Shown here in pieces: positions 7,746 to 17,742 of a stretch of DNA of 64,000 bases; position 1 is the first letter of the stretch; every line of letters starts with the position of its first letter. The notes under the pieces are model-generated. The model saw nothing but the letters and a program-made list of their open reading frames with translations. It was not told where the DNA came from and ran no database searches. Source of the DNA: an uncultured Acidimicrobiaceae bacterium (GTDB taxonomy: Bacteria > Actinomycetota > Acidimicrobiia > Acidimicrobiales > Palsa-688); NCBI GenBank assembly GCA_963794125.1, contig CAWCCW010000009.1, forward strand, positions 1,238,007 to 1,302,006, read 5' to 3'. Position numbers and translations under genes: made by a program.

Positions 7746-8657
7746 GTGACCGAGGAGGAGTTCGATGAGCTTCGCCCGTCAGCGTTCGGCATCGCCTACC
7801 GGATGCTCGGCCGGGTGAGCGAGGCCGAGGACGTGGTGCAGGAAGCGTTCGTACGCTTACACCGAGTACGCCAGGCTGGCGAACGGATCGAATCGCCGCG
7901 CGCATATCTCTCGACTGTGGTTTCGCGGCTCGCGCTCGACCATCTCCGCTCGGCGCGGGCCCGGCGGGAGACCTACGTCGGCGAATGGTTGCCTGAACCG
8001 CTCCTGGCCAGCGCCGACGACGACCCCGCGAAGAGGGCCGAGATGGCAGACTCGCTGTCGTTAGCGTTCCTTGTCCTGCTCGAGAGCCTTTCGCCCGAGC
8101 AACGCGCCGCCTTCTTGCTGCGTGAGGTGTTCGACGAACCCTACGACCGCATCGCGGAGATTATCGGCACCAGCGAACAGAACGCCCGCCAGCTGGTTAC
8201 TCGCGCCCGCCGCCACGTGGCGGCCCGGCGCCCCCGGTTCGAGGCGTCACGTGAGCAACGCGACCAGCTGGCGGCTCGCTTCTTCGCGGCCGCCGAGACG
8301 GGCGACCTCGAAGCCCTGGAACAGGTGCTGGCCCACGACGTAGTGCTCCACGGCGACGGCGGCGGCAAAGCGCCGGCCATCGCACGAGCGGTCCACGGCC
8401 GCGCCCGGGTGGCCCGGACGCTAATCGGCGGCCTGCGCAACGCCGCCCGCGTCGGCGGTTTCAGCTTGCGCCCCGAGGAGCTGAACGGCCAACCGGGCGC
8501 CCTCTTGCTCGACGGCGAGGGCAAGGTGGCCGGTGTCATAGTCCTGGATCTGGCCGACGGCCAGATCCAGGCTGTGAACGCAATTGTCAACCCCGACAAG
8601 CTGCAACACCTGGGACCGGTAGCCGACCTGAAGTCGCTGTTGCGGCCGCGGAGCTAG
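7746..8657 (+). CDS. ECF sigma factor, group ECF41 (SigJ-like) with fused C-terminal SnoaL-like domain
   Basis: 303 aa with region 2 (DVVQEAFVRLH), region 4 (NARQLVTRARRHV) and a long C-terminal extension. It begins 3 nt after the epimerase gene, and no anti-sigma gene is adjacent. Confidence 0.85.
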   Translation: MTEEEFDELRPSAFGIAYRMLGRVSEAEDVVQEAFVRLHRVRQAGERIESPRAYLSTVVSRLALDHLRSARARRETYVGEWLPEPLLASADDDPAKRAEMADSLSLAFLVLLESLSPEQRAAFLLREVFDEPYDRIAEIIGTSEQNARQLVTRARRHVAARRPRFEASREQRDQLAARFFAAAETGDLEALEQVLAHDVVLHGDGGGKAPAIARAVHGRARVARTLIGGLRNAARVGGFSLRPEELNGQPGALLLDGEGKVAGVIVLDLADGQIQAVNAIVNPDKLQHLGPVADLKSLLRPRS

Positions 8658-8663
8658 GGCGGG

Positions 8664-9694
8664 TCAGGCCGGCACGACGTAGGGGAAGTCGTGGGCCCGC
8701 TGGGCCTTGGTGGTGGCGGGCTTGAGCCCGGATTGCACCGCTGTGTTGGTGACGAGGGACAGCATGGCTTCGGGCGCATTGTCGGCTTGTGTCCGGCCGT
8801 TGCGGGCGGCGAAGCCGTAGGAGGCGGGCGTCCCGACGATATAGGAGAGTAAGTCCGGGAACAGGTCCCCGGCCACGGTCTGCCCGTAACCTTCCGGGTC
8901 GTCTGAGGTCCCGGCTGCCGCCACCACGGCGGCCACCTGGCCTCCGATGTACTTGGCCGCGGCGTCCACGTCCTCGGAGGGGTGGCGGGTGTTGGCGGGG
9001 TTGGAAAAGTCGGTGTCGTTCGGCCAAAAGATGGGCCACATCATCGGGTGACCGGCCCGGTTGACCTGCCGCCAGCCGCCGGCGTCGGTAGCCAGTTTGG
9101 TGGCGCACCACACACCGGCGCGGGCACCGGGCCGCAGTTGCGGGTGCTGGTGGGAGACCTCGAGGACGATCGATTGGACGGTGCTACCGGCAAAGCTGTT
9201 CTGTGCCTTCTCGGGCCGCCAGCCGGAGAGGTCCGGTGCGGTCCCACCGGCAATGGCCCCGTTGACGATGGCCAACAGCGACAGGTCGATGTAAAACGAA
9301 TCGGCAATGCGCCCGGCCCAGACCCGAACTCCATTTGCGCTGGCCGTCGCGCCTGTCCCGCCCTCTAGCACGAGATCGCCAGTGGCGGAGTCCTTACGCG
9401 CGTCGTCACCGGCCAGGGCGTGTAACTGCAAGGCCTGTCGCCCGTCGGGGCCCGGGGCGGCGAAGGCCACTCGGTAGGTCAGGGTCTCGAAGTCGGCCCC
9501 GTCGAAGTGCACCTTGAACTCGTAGCGTGCCTCGGGGTGGAACCCAGGTTCGGAATGGAGGCCGTTGACGTTGGAGTTGACGTCCATGACGAACACCGTG
9601 CTGCTGTGGCCGGGAAAGACGTACAAGTCATCGATGTAAAGCTGGCCCGTCTTGGCTGCCAGCGGCGTGTCGAGGTGATGGGACGTGGGGGCAT
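8664..9694 (-). CDS. DUF4331 family protein, N-terminus frame-disrupted
   Basis: ORF 8664..9626 continues in frame upstream as TSHHLDTPLAAKTGQLYIDDLYVFPG, the conserved DUF4331 N-terminus, but without a start codon. The ATG at 9694 is one base out of frame across a G5 run at 9687-9691. Confidence 0.7.
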
Positions 9695-9881
9695 TCCTTT
9701 CTTCGGGTGGGGACGAGCAAAAAGGGCGGGCGTCGCAATCTGCCGCCGGTGGACGCTTCCGTTCCTCTGTGTAAGCACCACCGAATTGGGCGGCTGGAGA
9801 CAGCTTGCAGCCTACTGGCGTGGTTGGCCCCCGGAGAAAACCCGGGTTTAGGCCAGGATCTGGGCCAGCCGGGCCCGGGCG

Positions 9882-11669
9882 CTAAGCGTACGCCCTTGCC
9901 TGCAGCTCGAACAGTTGGGCATAAGTGCCGGCCGCCTGGATGAGCTCCCGATGGCTGCCGACCTCGAGGATACGGCCCTGGTCGACCAGCACGATCGTGT
10001 CGGCCATGCGGACGGTGGAAAGCCGGTGGGTGACAAACACGGTTATCGTGCCTCGGGCGTGGGCCGCGGCGCGCGAGGCCACCCCATAGCCTTCGAATAG
10101 CGCCGCCTCGGCGGCGGCGTCCAGGGACGCAGTCGGCTCGTCCAGGACGAACAGCAGGGGGCTCGGGCGCATCATGGCTCGGGCCAGGGCCAGCTTTTGC
10201 CACTGGCCGCCGGAGAGCTCGACGCCGCGTTCGAACTGCCGGCCCAGCTGGGAGCTGAGGCCGTCGGGCAGGAGGGCGAGGACGTCATCAGCAGTGGCCT
10301 GCGAGAACGCTCGGAGCAGGTCGGGGTCAGATCCCATCAGGGGTAGCGCGCCGCAACCAACGCTCTCCCGTGCGCTGAACTCGAAATGAGCGTGGTCTTG
10401 AAAACCGGCCGACAGACCTTCGCGCCACTCCCATGGGTCAAGTTCACCCAGGTCGGTCCCGTCGACCGTGATCCGCCCTGCGGTGGGTTCGTACATGCGG
10501 GTCAGCAGTTTGACAAGGGTGGTCTTACCCGCACCGTTCGGGCCCACCAGGGCTACAGTCGACCCGGCGGGGATGAACAGATCTACGCCCTCCAGGACGG
10601 CCCTGTCCGTGCCGGGATAGGAGAAGCCCACGCCCTCAAACCGGATGCCGGTGTCGAGCCGGGCCGGGACCGGGTGGGCCTGGGGGCGGCGGTCTTGGCT
10701 CAGGCGTGACTCTGCCAACAGCCAGTCGTAGCGCTCGGCGGTCTCCAGCCCCTGGCTCATGTCGTTCAGCACGGAGGTCGATGTGGTGATCTGGCCATTG
10801 AGCTGGGCAGCCAGGGTGATGGCCAGGACGACCTGGCCCACTGCTACGTGGTGGGCGAGGGCGTCGTGGCCGATCAGTAGCAGGGCACCAGTAAAGGCCG
10901 CGCCGAACACGGCCCACCCAGCCGTCTGGCCCAATAAGCCTCGCTTGCGGGCACGCGAAATAATGGCGTTCGAGATATCGATCTCCTGCGTGTGGCGGGC
11001 GGCGACGTGGCTTCGGCGGCCCAGGACTCGCAGTTCCCGGCCACCCGGCTCGTCCGCCCCGAGGCGGAACAAAGCACCTTGCAGCCGCCAATGCGGCATC
11101 AGCTCGTCCCACGCCTGGTAGAAGATCTTCTGCATCCGGAACGTCCCCAGGACGGCCGGCACAGAGAACACAGGCAGCAATAGCAACCGCCAGTCGATGG
11201 TGGCCAAGACCGCGAGTGTTACGGCCAGGCGGACGACTGTCCCGAGTAGTACGGCGGCCCAATCTGGCAGGCGAGCCAGGTTTTGGTGCTGCTGGCGCAG
11301 GATCTCCAGCTTGTCGAGGTACTCCACCCGCTCGAAGTGCTCGATCCCGGCGATAGAGGTAGCGGCCGCGCCGAGCTCGGTATCGAGGGCCAAGGTGGTC
11401 CGCTCGACCATCTGGTTACGCAGTACGAAGGCAACGTAAGGCCCCCCTACCGCCCACAGTGATGACACGGCCAGCACGACCACCGCAGTGGTGGCGGCAC
11501 CGGACCGTTTTTCCGTCACCGCGTCGATGGCTTCGCTCATGCCCCAGGCGAAGCTGACCACCGCCAGCTGGGACACCACCTGCATGCCCGCCGCCGCCAG
11601 CGGTCGCCACCAGCTGATGCGGAACGGGACCCGGACCAGCAGCCGGAAGGCGTGCAGCTTGGCCCTCAA
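9882..11669 (-). CDS. ABC exporter, fused permease/ATP-binding subunit
   Basis: 595 aa with an N-terminal 6-TM domain, Walker A GPNGAGKTT, signature LSGGQWQ and Walker B LFVLDEPT. Confidence 0.9.
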   Translation of the reverse strand: MRAKLHAFRLLVRVPFRISWWRPLAAAGMQVVSQLAVVSFAWGMSEAIDAVTEKRSGAATTAVVVLAVSSLWAVGGPYVAFVLRNQMVERTTLALDTELGAAATSIAGIEHFERVEYLDKLEILRQQHQNLARLPDWAAVLLGTVVRLAVTLAVLATIDWRLLLLPVFSVPAVLGTFRMQKIFYQAWDELMPHWRLQGALFRLGADEPGGRELRVLGRRSHVAARHTQEIDISNAIISRARKRGLLGQTAGWAVFGAAFTGALLLIGHDALAHHVAVGQVVLAITLAAQLNGQITTSTSVLNDMSQGLETAERYDWLLAESRLSQDRRPQAHPVPARLDTGIRFEGVGFSYPGTDRAVLEGVDLFIPAGSTVALVGPNGAGKTTLVKLLTRMYEPTAGRITVDGTDLGELDPWEWREGLSAGFQDHAHFEFSARESVGCGALPLMGSDPDLLRAFSQATADDVLALLPDGLSSQLGRQFERGVELSGGQWQKLALARAMMRPSPLLFVLDEPTASLDAAAEAALFEGYGVASRAAAHARGTITVFVTHRLSTVRMADTIVLVDQGRILEVGSHRELIQAAGTYAQLFELQARAYA

Positions 11670-13612
11670 GAGGCGTCCTCGTCAGCCGGGAAGTACCGGG
11701 AGGCCTGGATGCGGAACAACCGGGCGTAGCGCCCGTTGAGCGCGATGAGTTGCTCGTGGGTGCCCTGTTCGGCGATCCGGCCCGCCTCCAACACCGCGAT
11801 GGACGACGCCAGCCGGACAGTCGAAAAACGGTGGGAGATGACCACCGTCGTGCGCCCGCGCGTGATTTGCAGGAACTGTTCGTAAAACGCGGCCTCCTGG
11901 CGTACGTCCATTTGTGCTGTCGGCTCGTCCATCACCAACAGGGGAGCCCCCTGCTCCCCGGCGGCCAGGGCTCGGGCCAGGGCGAGGCGCTGCCACTGGC
12001 CCCCGGAAAGCTCGGTGCCGCCGAACGGCCGGCCTAGCATGGTGCCCCAGCCCTGGCCCAGCCCGTCGACCACATCCTTGGCCCCGGCCAGCGCCGCCGA
12101 CCGGACGAAGGCGACGTCCTCCGGGTCGGCGCCCGCCCAAACGTTGTCGAGGGCGGTCATAGGGTAGTGGACGAAGTCCTGGAAAATGACCGCCACCTGC
12201 GGTTGCCACCAGCGGGCGTCGAGGTCCTTCAGGTCAGTGCCGTCGACCGTTATCCGCCCCGCCGTCGGGTCGTACAGCCGGGCCAGCAGCTTTACGAGGG
12301 TGGTCTTGCCCGCCCCGTTGTCGCCCACCAGGGCCAGGCTCGAGCCGACGGGCAGCACCAGGTCGAGGTCCTCCAGGACCGGGTGGCTCGAACCCGGGTA
12401 GCGGAAGCTCACCTTTTCGAAACGGATCTCTTTGGCCGGCGGGCGCTCCAGCCGCCCGCTGCCGGTCAAGGTGAACCGCTCTACGCCCACGGCCTGCTCC
12501 AGGTCAGACATAGACGCGAACGACGACAGGCCCAGCTCCAGCCAGTTGTCCCAGGGGGTCACCAACGCGGCCGCGGGAGCAACGACCAAGGACTGCAACA
12601 CGATCGACAGGCGGCCGACACTCAGTTGTCCCGAGAGGGCACCGTGAACTGCGTGGAGGGCAAGCAACGCCACTACCACGACCAACGGCACCACTCCCAG
12701 GGCGCCGGCCACCCAGATACCTCGGCGACGGGCCCAGACCCGGTCCATGGCCCGCAGCCACTCGTCCCGGAACCTGTCGACCAACCACGCTGACAACCCG
12801 AAGACACGGATCTCCTTGGCTGCTGGCACCGTCAGCATGAGCTCGCGCACGTAGTCCGAGCGGCGCAAAATGTCGGTCTGCGCGGTTTGGACCTGGACCA
12901 CCGCCAGTTGCTCCACCCGGGTGCGCCGCAACAGGTTGGCCATAGCCAACGCCAGCAATAGGCCCGCCCACCAGCGGTACACAAAGACCAAGGCCAGCGC
13001 GCCCAGCCCACCGGCCCGGGTCGCCCACTGGTTGGCCAAGCCTCGAAAAGCGGCGCGAGGCCCGTACATCCCCGGGTTGGTGGCCCGGCTGACTTGGTCT
13101 CTGAGCCCCGGCTCCTCGAGATGAGCCACCGTGTCGGGCCGGCCCAAAGCGTCCAGTGTGCGCTCGAACACCCGCCCGCGGACCCTGAGACCGACCTGGT
13201 CTGCGATCACGTCATTGAGAGGGGCGACGCACTGCTGAACGGCGTACAACAACCCGAGCAGGCCCAAAGCCCAATAGAGATGGCCGGCCGACGCCGCGGG
13301 CGGGTGCGACACCGCCGCCACGACGGCGGCGACGGCGTTACCCGTAGCCAGGATGAACAGCGTCGGGAAGACACCCGAAGCGAGCAGCAGCACAGCCTGG
13401 ACTGTCACCAACCCGGGCCCCGTCGACCAGGCCATGCGCAGCAATAACCATCGCAGGCGGAAATAGTCGCCAGGGCCGTAGCCCAAAGCGTCGACGGCGC
13501 CCGACCGCTCCCCCCAAGGCTCGGGCACGCGAACTTCACCGGACCAATCGCGCCGCCAGTGCGGCCTCCAATGCGCCGCCGCCCCCGGCCCGTCTCTCGA
13601 CCACGACCACAC
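11666..13612 (-). CDS. ABC exporter, fused permease/ATP-binding subunit (partner of 9882..11669)
   Basis: Walker A GDNGAGKTT, signature LSGGQWQ and LLVMDEPT. There is a 4-nt overlap with the downstream subunit. The true start is probably internal to the 648-aa ORF. Confidence 0.85.
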   Translation of the reverse strand: MWSWSRDGPGAAAHWRPHWRRDWSGEVRVPEPWGERSGAVDALGYGPGDYFRLRWLLLRMAWSTGPGLVTVQAVLLLASGVFPTLFILATGNAVAAVVAAVSHPPAASAGHLYWALGLLGLLYAVQQCVAPLNDVIADQVGLRVRGRVFERTLDALGRPDTVAHLEEPGLRDQVSRATNPGMYGPRAAFRGLANQWATRAGGLGALALVFVYRWWAGLLLALAMANLLRRTRVEQLAVVQVQTAQTDILRRSDYVRELMLTVPAAKEIRVFGLSAWLVDRFRDEWLRAMDRVWARRRGIWVAGALGVVPLVVVVALLALHAVHGALSGQLSVGRLSIVLQSLVVAPAAALVTPWDNWLELGLSSFASMSDLEQAVGVERFTLTGSGRLERPPAKEIRFEKVSFRYPGSSHPVLEDLDLVLPVGSSLALVGDNGAGKTTLVKLLARLYDPTAGRITVDGTDLKDLDARWWQPQVAVIFQDFVHYPMTALDNVWAGADPEDVAFVRSAALAGAKDVVDGLGQGWGTMLGRPFGGTELSGGQWQRLALARALAAGEQGAPLLVMDEPTAQMDVRQEAAFYEQFLQITRGRTTVVISHRFSTVRLASSIAVLEAGRIAEQGTHEQLIALNGRYARLFRIQASRYFPADEDAS

Positions 13613-13731
13613 TCTAGGTGGTGGTAATTCGACCTGGCCGGGCGGTGACGAGCAAGCGGGCCCGCGTCAGCGAGCGGGCGCACTTGCGCCTATCGTTGGT
13701 CCAGACGCGCTTGAGAGTGGAGGGGTGTCAC

Positions 13732-14466
13732 ATGAGCGATGTCGCAGGGACGACGGTGCGCCAGTTCGCTCGGGCCGCCCACCAAAAACGCTTACTTGGC
13801 CGTGGCGTCATCGACGCGGTAAGGGTCGCCATGGTGGCCGCCGCCACTGCCATTTTTTCAATACCAATATGGGTTGCGCCACCACCAGCCGCCGCCCTCT
13901 CTGCGCATGACGTACCCCGCTCCGGCAATAGAGCCCTTATTTCGTACCAACTGCCCGCTTCCTGGCAGGTCCAAAACGAGCCCGATCTGGAGAAGATCGG
14001 GTTCATATCGGCGCCGTACCCGGTTTATATTTCGATTGGCGGCGCCGAGCCCCCGGAATTAGCCGGGGTACCCAATCCCCCGAATAATTACGCCTTCTCG
14101 GAGACGCCGAGCCCGTGGTTCATGGCCTCCGTAATAACCGGGCCCTCAGCGGCACCGCCAGCCGACGACGCCTACCGTCTGGCGCCGGACGACGAGGTCA
14201 GGGTCCAGGAGCAACAATCCGGGCTGGTGCCCGTGGTAATACGCCTCAGTCACGTCTTGGACGTCAGCTCCGGGGGCCTCAAAGGATCGGAGGACCGTTC
14301 TGAGATCGTCGTCCCTGGCGCCGGCGACATCGAGCTCAACGGAGTCGTTTACACGAAGGGGAAAACGGTGTGGATCTTGATGGTGGGTTGCTCCTTGACC
14401 TGTTACAACGCTAATGCAGCCACCCTCGCCAAGGTCATTGACAGCGTGAAGGTGGCGGCGGGCTGA
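13732..14466 (+). CDS. hypothetical membrane-anchored or secreted protein
   Basis: ATG at 13732 after ggagggg. It has one N-terminal TM helix (VAMVAAATAIFSIPIWV). No recognisable family. Confidence 0.5.
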   Translation: MSDVAGTTVRQFARAAHQKRLLGRGVIDAVRVAMVAAATAIFSIPIWVAPPPAAALSAHDVPRSGNRALISYQLPASWQVQNEPDLEKIGFISAPYPVYISIGGAEPPELAGVPNPPNNYAFSETPSPWFMASVITGPSAAPPADDAYRLAPDDEVRVQEQQSGLVPVVIRLSHVLDVSSGGLKGSEDRSEIVVPGAGDIELNGVVYTKGKTVWILMVGCSLTCYNANAATLAKVIDSVKVAAG

Positions 14467-14517
14467 ACGCGCTGAGCTGACTTTAGGCAGCAGGCCTCGA
14501 GCCCGCCGTCGAACGGC

Positions 14518-14895
14518 CTATTCGATACCGAAACTATTGACTTTCTCGGGGTAAATGCGGATGAACGACTCGCCGAACCCGGGCCCCAGGTTGGCCCCAC
14601 CGCTGGCCACAGCCTCGGCCCGCCCGCGGATCTCCAGCATCCGGGGCCGCCACGGGTCGGTCGACGCGAGGTCGTCGATGACTATCGCTGCCCAGGGGTT
14701 GGCCTGGACGTCCCGGTACTTTTTTGTGGTCGCCATCCGCAGACCGCCGACGTCAACGGTGCCGAGACCAGCGCTGTAGCGGAAAGAGGTTGGCACTACA
14801 TGTGGCTTGCCGTTGGCACCTGTAGTGGCGATCCGGCCCAGCCGCTGGCTACCCAGGTATTCGATTTGCGCCCTTGTCAATGTGGCCATAGTCAT
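14518..14895 (-). CDS. PPOX-class F420-dependent oxidoreductase family protein
   Basis: YLGSQRLGRIATTGANGKPHVVPTSF...WAAIVIDDL...PRMLEIRGRAE matches the pyridoxamine-5'-phosphate-oxidase-like fold family. ATG at 14895 follows an RBS, ggaagagg. Confidence 0.75.
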   Translation of the reverse strand: MTMATLTRAQIEYLGSQRLGRIATTGANGKPHVVPTSFRYSAGLGTVDVGGLRMATTKKYRDVQANPWAAIVIDDLASTDPWRPRMLEIRGRAEAVASGGANLGPGFGESFIRIYPEKVNSFGIE

Positions 14896-14946
14896 ATAAA
14901 CCTCTTCCAACGACCCTCTAGTCCCGGCCGGTCGGGTGGGCGCCCA

Positions 14947-17388
14947 CTACCGAGGTACGGTAGCGGCCGGTACGCGCCACGGGAAGCGCGCCAGAAGCTG
15001 CCAACTGGAGCCCCCGTCGGTCGTAGCAATGAGCGCCGTCGTGACTGGCTCGGTGACGCCTTTGGGTACCGCGGATGTGCCCGCGACCGGGCCGAGGACG
15101 AACCCGTGGTCCGGGTCAGGGAAAGAGAAGGAGGGAGGCAGGAGGGGGACCGCGCTCAAATGCGGCGGCGCGATGGTGCCGCAACGCGAATTGGGGCCCC
15201 CACCGGGCGCTCCGGTCCAGTGGTTGCCCCCGTCGGAGGTGAAGGCCAAACCGAAGCCGCTGGCACACGCAGTGCCGTAGTCCTCCCACAGGTCAACGGC
15301 GGTGCCCGGACCAGGGACAGCCAGGGCCGCAACGGGTTGCGTCAAGGCTCCGACCGGCGACTGGACCGCTCCCAGCTGGCCCACGGGAGTCCCGGCCGTA
15401 GGCGTCAGCGAGGGGACCGAAAAGGGGTTGTGCGGCGCCGGGTGGACGCTGGTACGCCACGTCCGGCCGCCGTCCGTGCTGGCAGCGACGCCTCCGACGG
15501 TGGCCATGTTCTCCATCCAGTTCAGGCCCAGCCAGACGTCTGAACGACCAAGACAAGCGAGCGGCCCGGGAGACGTGTTGACGGTGGCCACCTCTGACCA
15601 GCGCAAGCCGCCGTCATCAGTTCTTTTGACCATGGCCGACGCACCAGGCCGACGCCACACGGCCCAGCCAGTCTGGGCGGTCCCGAAGCATACGCCGGTC
15701 ATCGTCCCCGGCGACGGGGGGACGCTCCCACAATCGAGCTCGTTGGGGTCGGGGAGAGGCAAGAGGCCCCAGCTCCGACCCCCGTTGTAAGTGGCGAGCG
15801 CCCGGGTCCCGCCGGATTGGCCGCAAATCACCCCCACCCCGAACCCGGGCCTCACGAGTTGCACGTTGCTGAAGGCCCCCAGCCGACTTTCGGGCTGCGC
15901 CGACCAATGTGCGCCGCCGTCGGAGGTGGCGAACAGCTGATCAGGCGTGAGCGCCCAGCCGTCCTCGGGGCCCGCGAACGAGAACTGCTCGACCGGCTCG
16001 GCAGTGGCCATTTGCGCGGTCCAGGTCCTGCCTCCGTCGGTCGTCGCTTCTATCCCGTCCATGCCTCCCACCCAGCCGACCCTAGGGGTGGCAAAAGTGA
16101 CCGTGGAAAAGGGGACCTCGGTGTTGACATTGCCAAGGAACGCGGGGGCGGAGAACTGCACTGCGGCCCACGAGTGGCCACCATCGCTGGTGCGCATCCC
16201 GGTGTCGCCGCTGCTGGCCAGGCCCAGGTCCAGCCCGCTGGAGAAACCCACCCCGCTGGCCGGCGAAGCAAAGCTGGTCTCCGCCATGCCCGGGAGGCTG
16301 AGACCCGAGCGCCGGAGTGCCCACCGCTGTCCAGCGTTGGTCGTGACGTACAGCCCTGCAGGAGCCGGCATCTCCCAGACGACCGGGGTACTGGCCCAGA
16401 AACCGGCCGGCCGGGCCAGGGAACCCGTGCCGAGCGCCGACGCCAGCGACCACGACGCCCCGTCATCGGACGTGCGGTACACGAGCACCTCGCCGGGCCG
16501 GACCGCCACCGCCGCCACCCCTTGGCCGTGGGGGAAAAACCGCACCCCCACGACTTCGGCCCCGCTCCGTGCCACGCCCGGGTAGCGCCATCTTTCCGCG
16601 GCGGCCCATCCGCCGGGTGGGGCCGGCAACAGCACCGGTCGCCAGTCCCGCCCGCCGTCGTCGCTGCGCCAGAGACCGGGCGCTGTCGCCGGGCACCCAG
16701 CCTCCGCCAAAAGCACCACACTCTCTGAGACGGCCGTGATATCGAAAGGGTCAGGAACGCTGCAACCGGTGGCCGACGCGGAAGAGAAGGTGCTGGCCTG
16801 CCAAGGCAGCCCGGCCGCCGGGACCCGACTCCAATCGCGCCCGCCGTTGGCCGTAGCCCACAAGTAGCCCTGGCGCTGCTGTTCGAAGCCGGTCGTGACC
16901 GGAGCCTCCACCCCGAAACCAAAACCGTGCTCGGCATCGGAGAAGGCGAACTCATCGAAACCCGGCGTCCCATAAAACAGTCCTCCCGGCAGCGAGAGCC
17001 CCTGGCGCCAGCTGGCGCCGCCGTCCGTCGTTTGCCAGGTGGTGGTCACGCCGGGCTGCGCCGGCCACTCGTGCTCCGTCTCCGCCCAGGCATCTTCGCC
17101 GTTGAGGAAGAACGCCCCGCTCACCTGCAGGGAAGTCTGCGTCAGCGGCCAGGTTGGCAGCATTGCCCGCCACTTGGCGCCGCCATCTGTGCTGCGCAAA
17201 ATCTGCGACCCGTCGTAATCCCACACCACGCCGCCGGGCAAGGCCAGTACCGCCGGCGCCCCCGAGCCGGAAGGTGGCGCGGGCAGCGTCTGTGCGGCCT
17301 GGGCCGCCGGCACCGTCGTCACGGAGCGCAGGAACGCCGAAGCCAGGAGCGCTAACGCGACGATTGCTGCCCGGGCTGGCCCCTCCAC
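14947..17388 (-). CDS. secreted BNR/Asp-box repeat protein, probably two beta-propellers (GH74/sortilin-like architecture)
   Basis: 813 aa with a signal peptide (AAIVALALLASAFL..AAQAAQ) and about 13 SxDxGxxW-type motifs (TDGGASW, SDDGGRDW, TDGGRTW, SDGGAHW, TSDGGNHW, TTDGGSSW and others). Confidence 0.8.
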   Translation of the reverse strand: MEGPARAAIVALALLASAFLRSVTTVPAAQAAQTLPAPPSGSGAPAVLALPGGVVWDYDGSQILRSTDGGAKWRAMLPTWPLTQTSLQVSGAFFLNGEDAWAETEHEWPAQPGVTTTWQTTDGGASWRQGLSLPGGLFYGTPGFDEFAFSDAEHGFGFGVEAPVTTGFEQQRQGYLWATANGGRDWSRVPAAGLPWQASTFSSASATGCSVPDPFDITAVSESVVLLAEAGCPATAPGLWRSDDGGRDWRPVLLPAPPGGWAAAERWRYPGVARSGAEVVGVRFFPHGQGVAAVAVRPGEVLVYRTSDDGASWSLASALGTGSLARPAGFWASTPVVWEMPAPAGLYVTTNAGQRWALRRSGLSLPGMAETSFASPASGVGFSSGLDLGLASSGDTGMRTSDGGHSWAAVQFSAPAFLGNVNTEVPFSTVTFATPRVGWVGGMDGIEATTDGGRTWTAQMATAEPVEQFSFAGPEDGWALTPDQLFATSDGGAHWSAQPESRLGAFSNVQLVRPGFGVGVICGQSGGTRALATYNGGRSWGLLPLPDPNELDCGSVPPSPGTMTGVCFGTAQTGWAVWRRPGASAMVKRTDDGGLRWSEVATVNTSPGPLACLGRSDVWLGLNWMENMATVGGVAASTDGGRTWRTSVHPAPHNPFSVPSLTPTAGTPVGQLGAVQSPVGALTQPVAALAVPGPGTAVDLWEDYGTACASGFGLAFTSDGGNHWTGAPGGGPNSRCGTIAPPHLSAVPLLPPSFSFPDPDHGFVLGPVAGTSAVPKGVTEPVTTALIATTDGGSSWQLLARFPWRVPAATVPR

Positions 17389-17742
17389 GTTCCACTAAAC
17401 CCTCCCTGGCGCCGCCTGGTTGCAACCAAGGCGCCGGACCACCGGACTGCGATTTCGCCGTCCTTTTCTCATGACCTGAGGAAAGGTGCCCATGCGCCCG
17501 GGCGCTGGTGAGGACGCACCAGCCAGCGCCCCGGGCGTGGTCCCGGCGAGGCGGGCGAGGCGGGCGGGGGAGCGCTCCCCAGAATTCGTAGCCCAAGCCG
17601 TGGGTATAGCAATTACACGTATGGTCGGAGAGGTCCCAATTCAGCTGTTAGCCCGGCGCGCCACTGACGGCGCTCGGCACGGTCACGGTGCCCGGGAAAG
17701 CCACTCCGAGGAATTGCTCGTCTACAAGGAGACTGAGACCCA

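Noticed and set aside
15293-17596. Multiple ORFs inside or antisense to the BNR protein gene (for example 15817..16728, 16050..16973, 16952..17596); likewise 23160..24227, 40505..41785 and 62426..63523 elsewhere
   Set aside because: All overlap long, motif-supported genes. They are alternative-frame or antisense shadows expected at this GC content.
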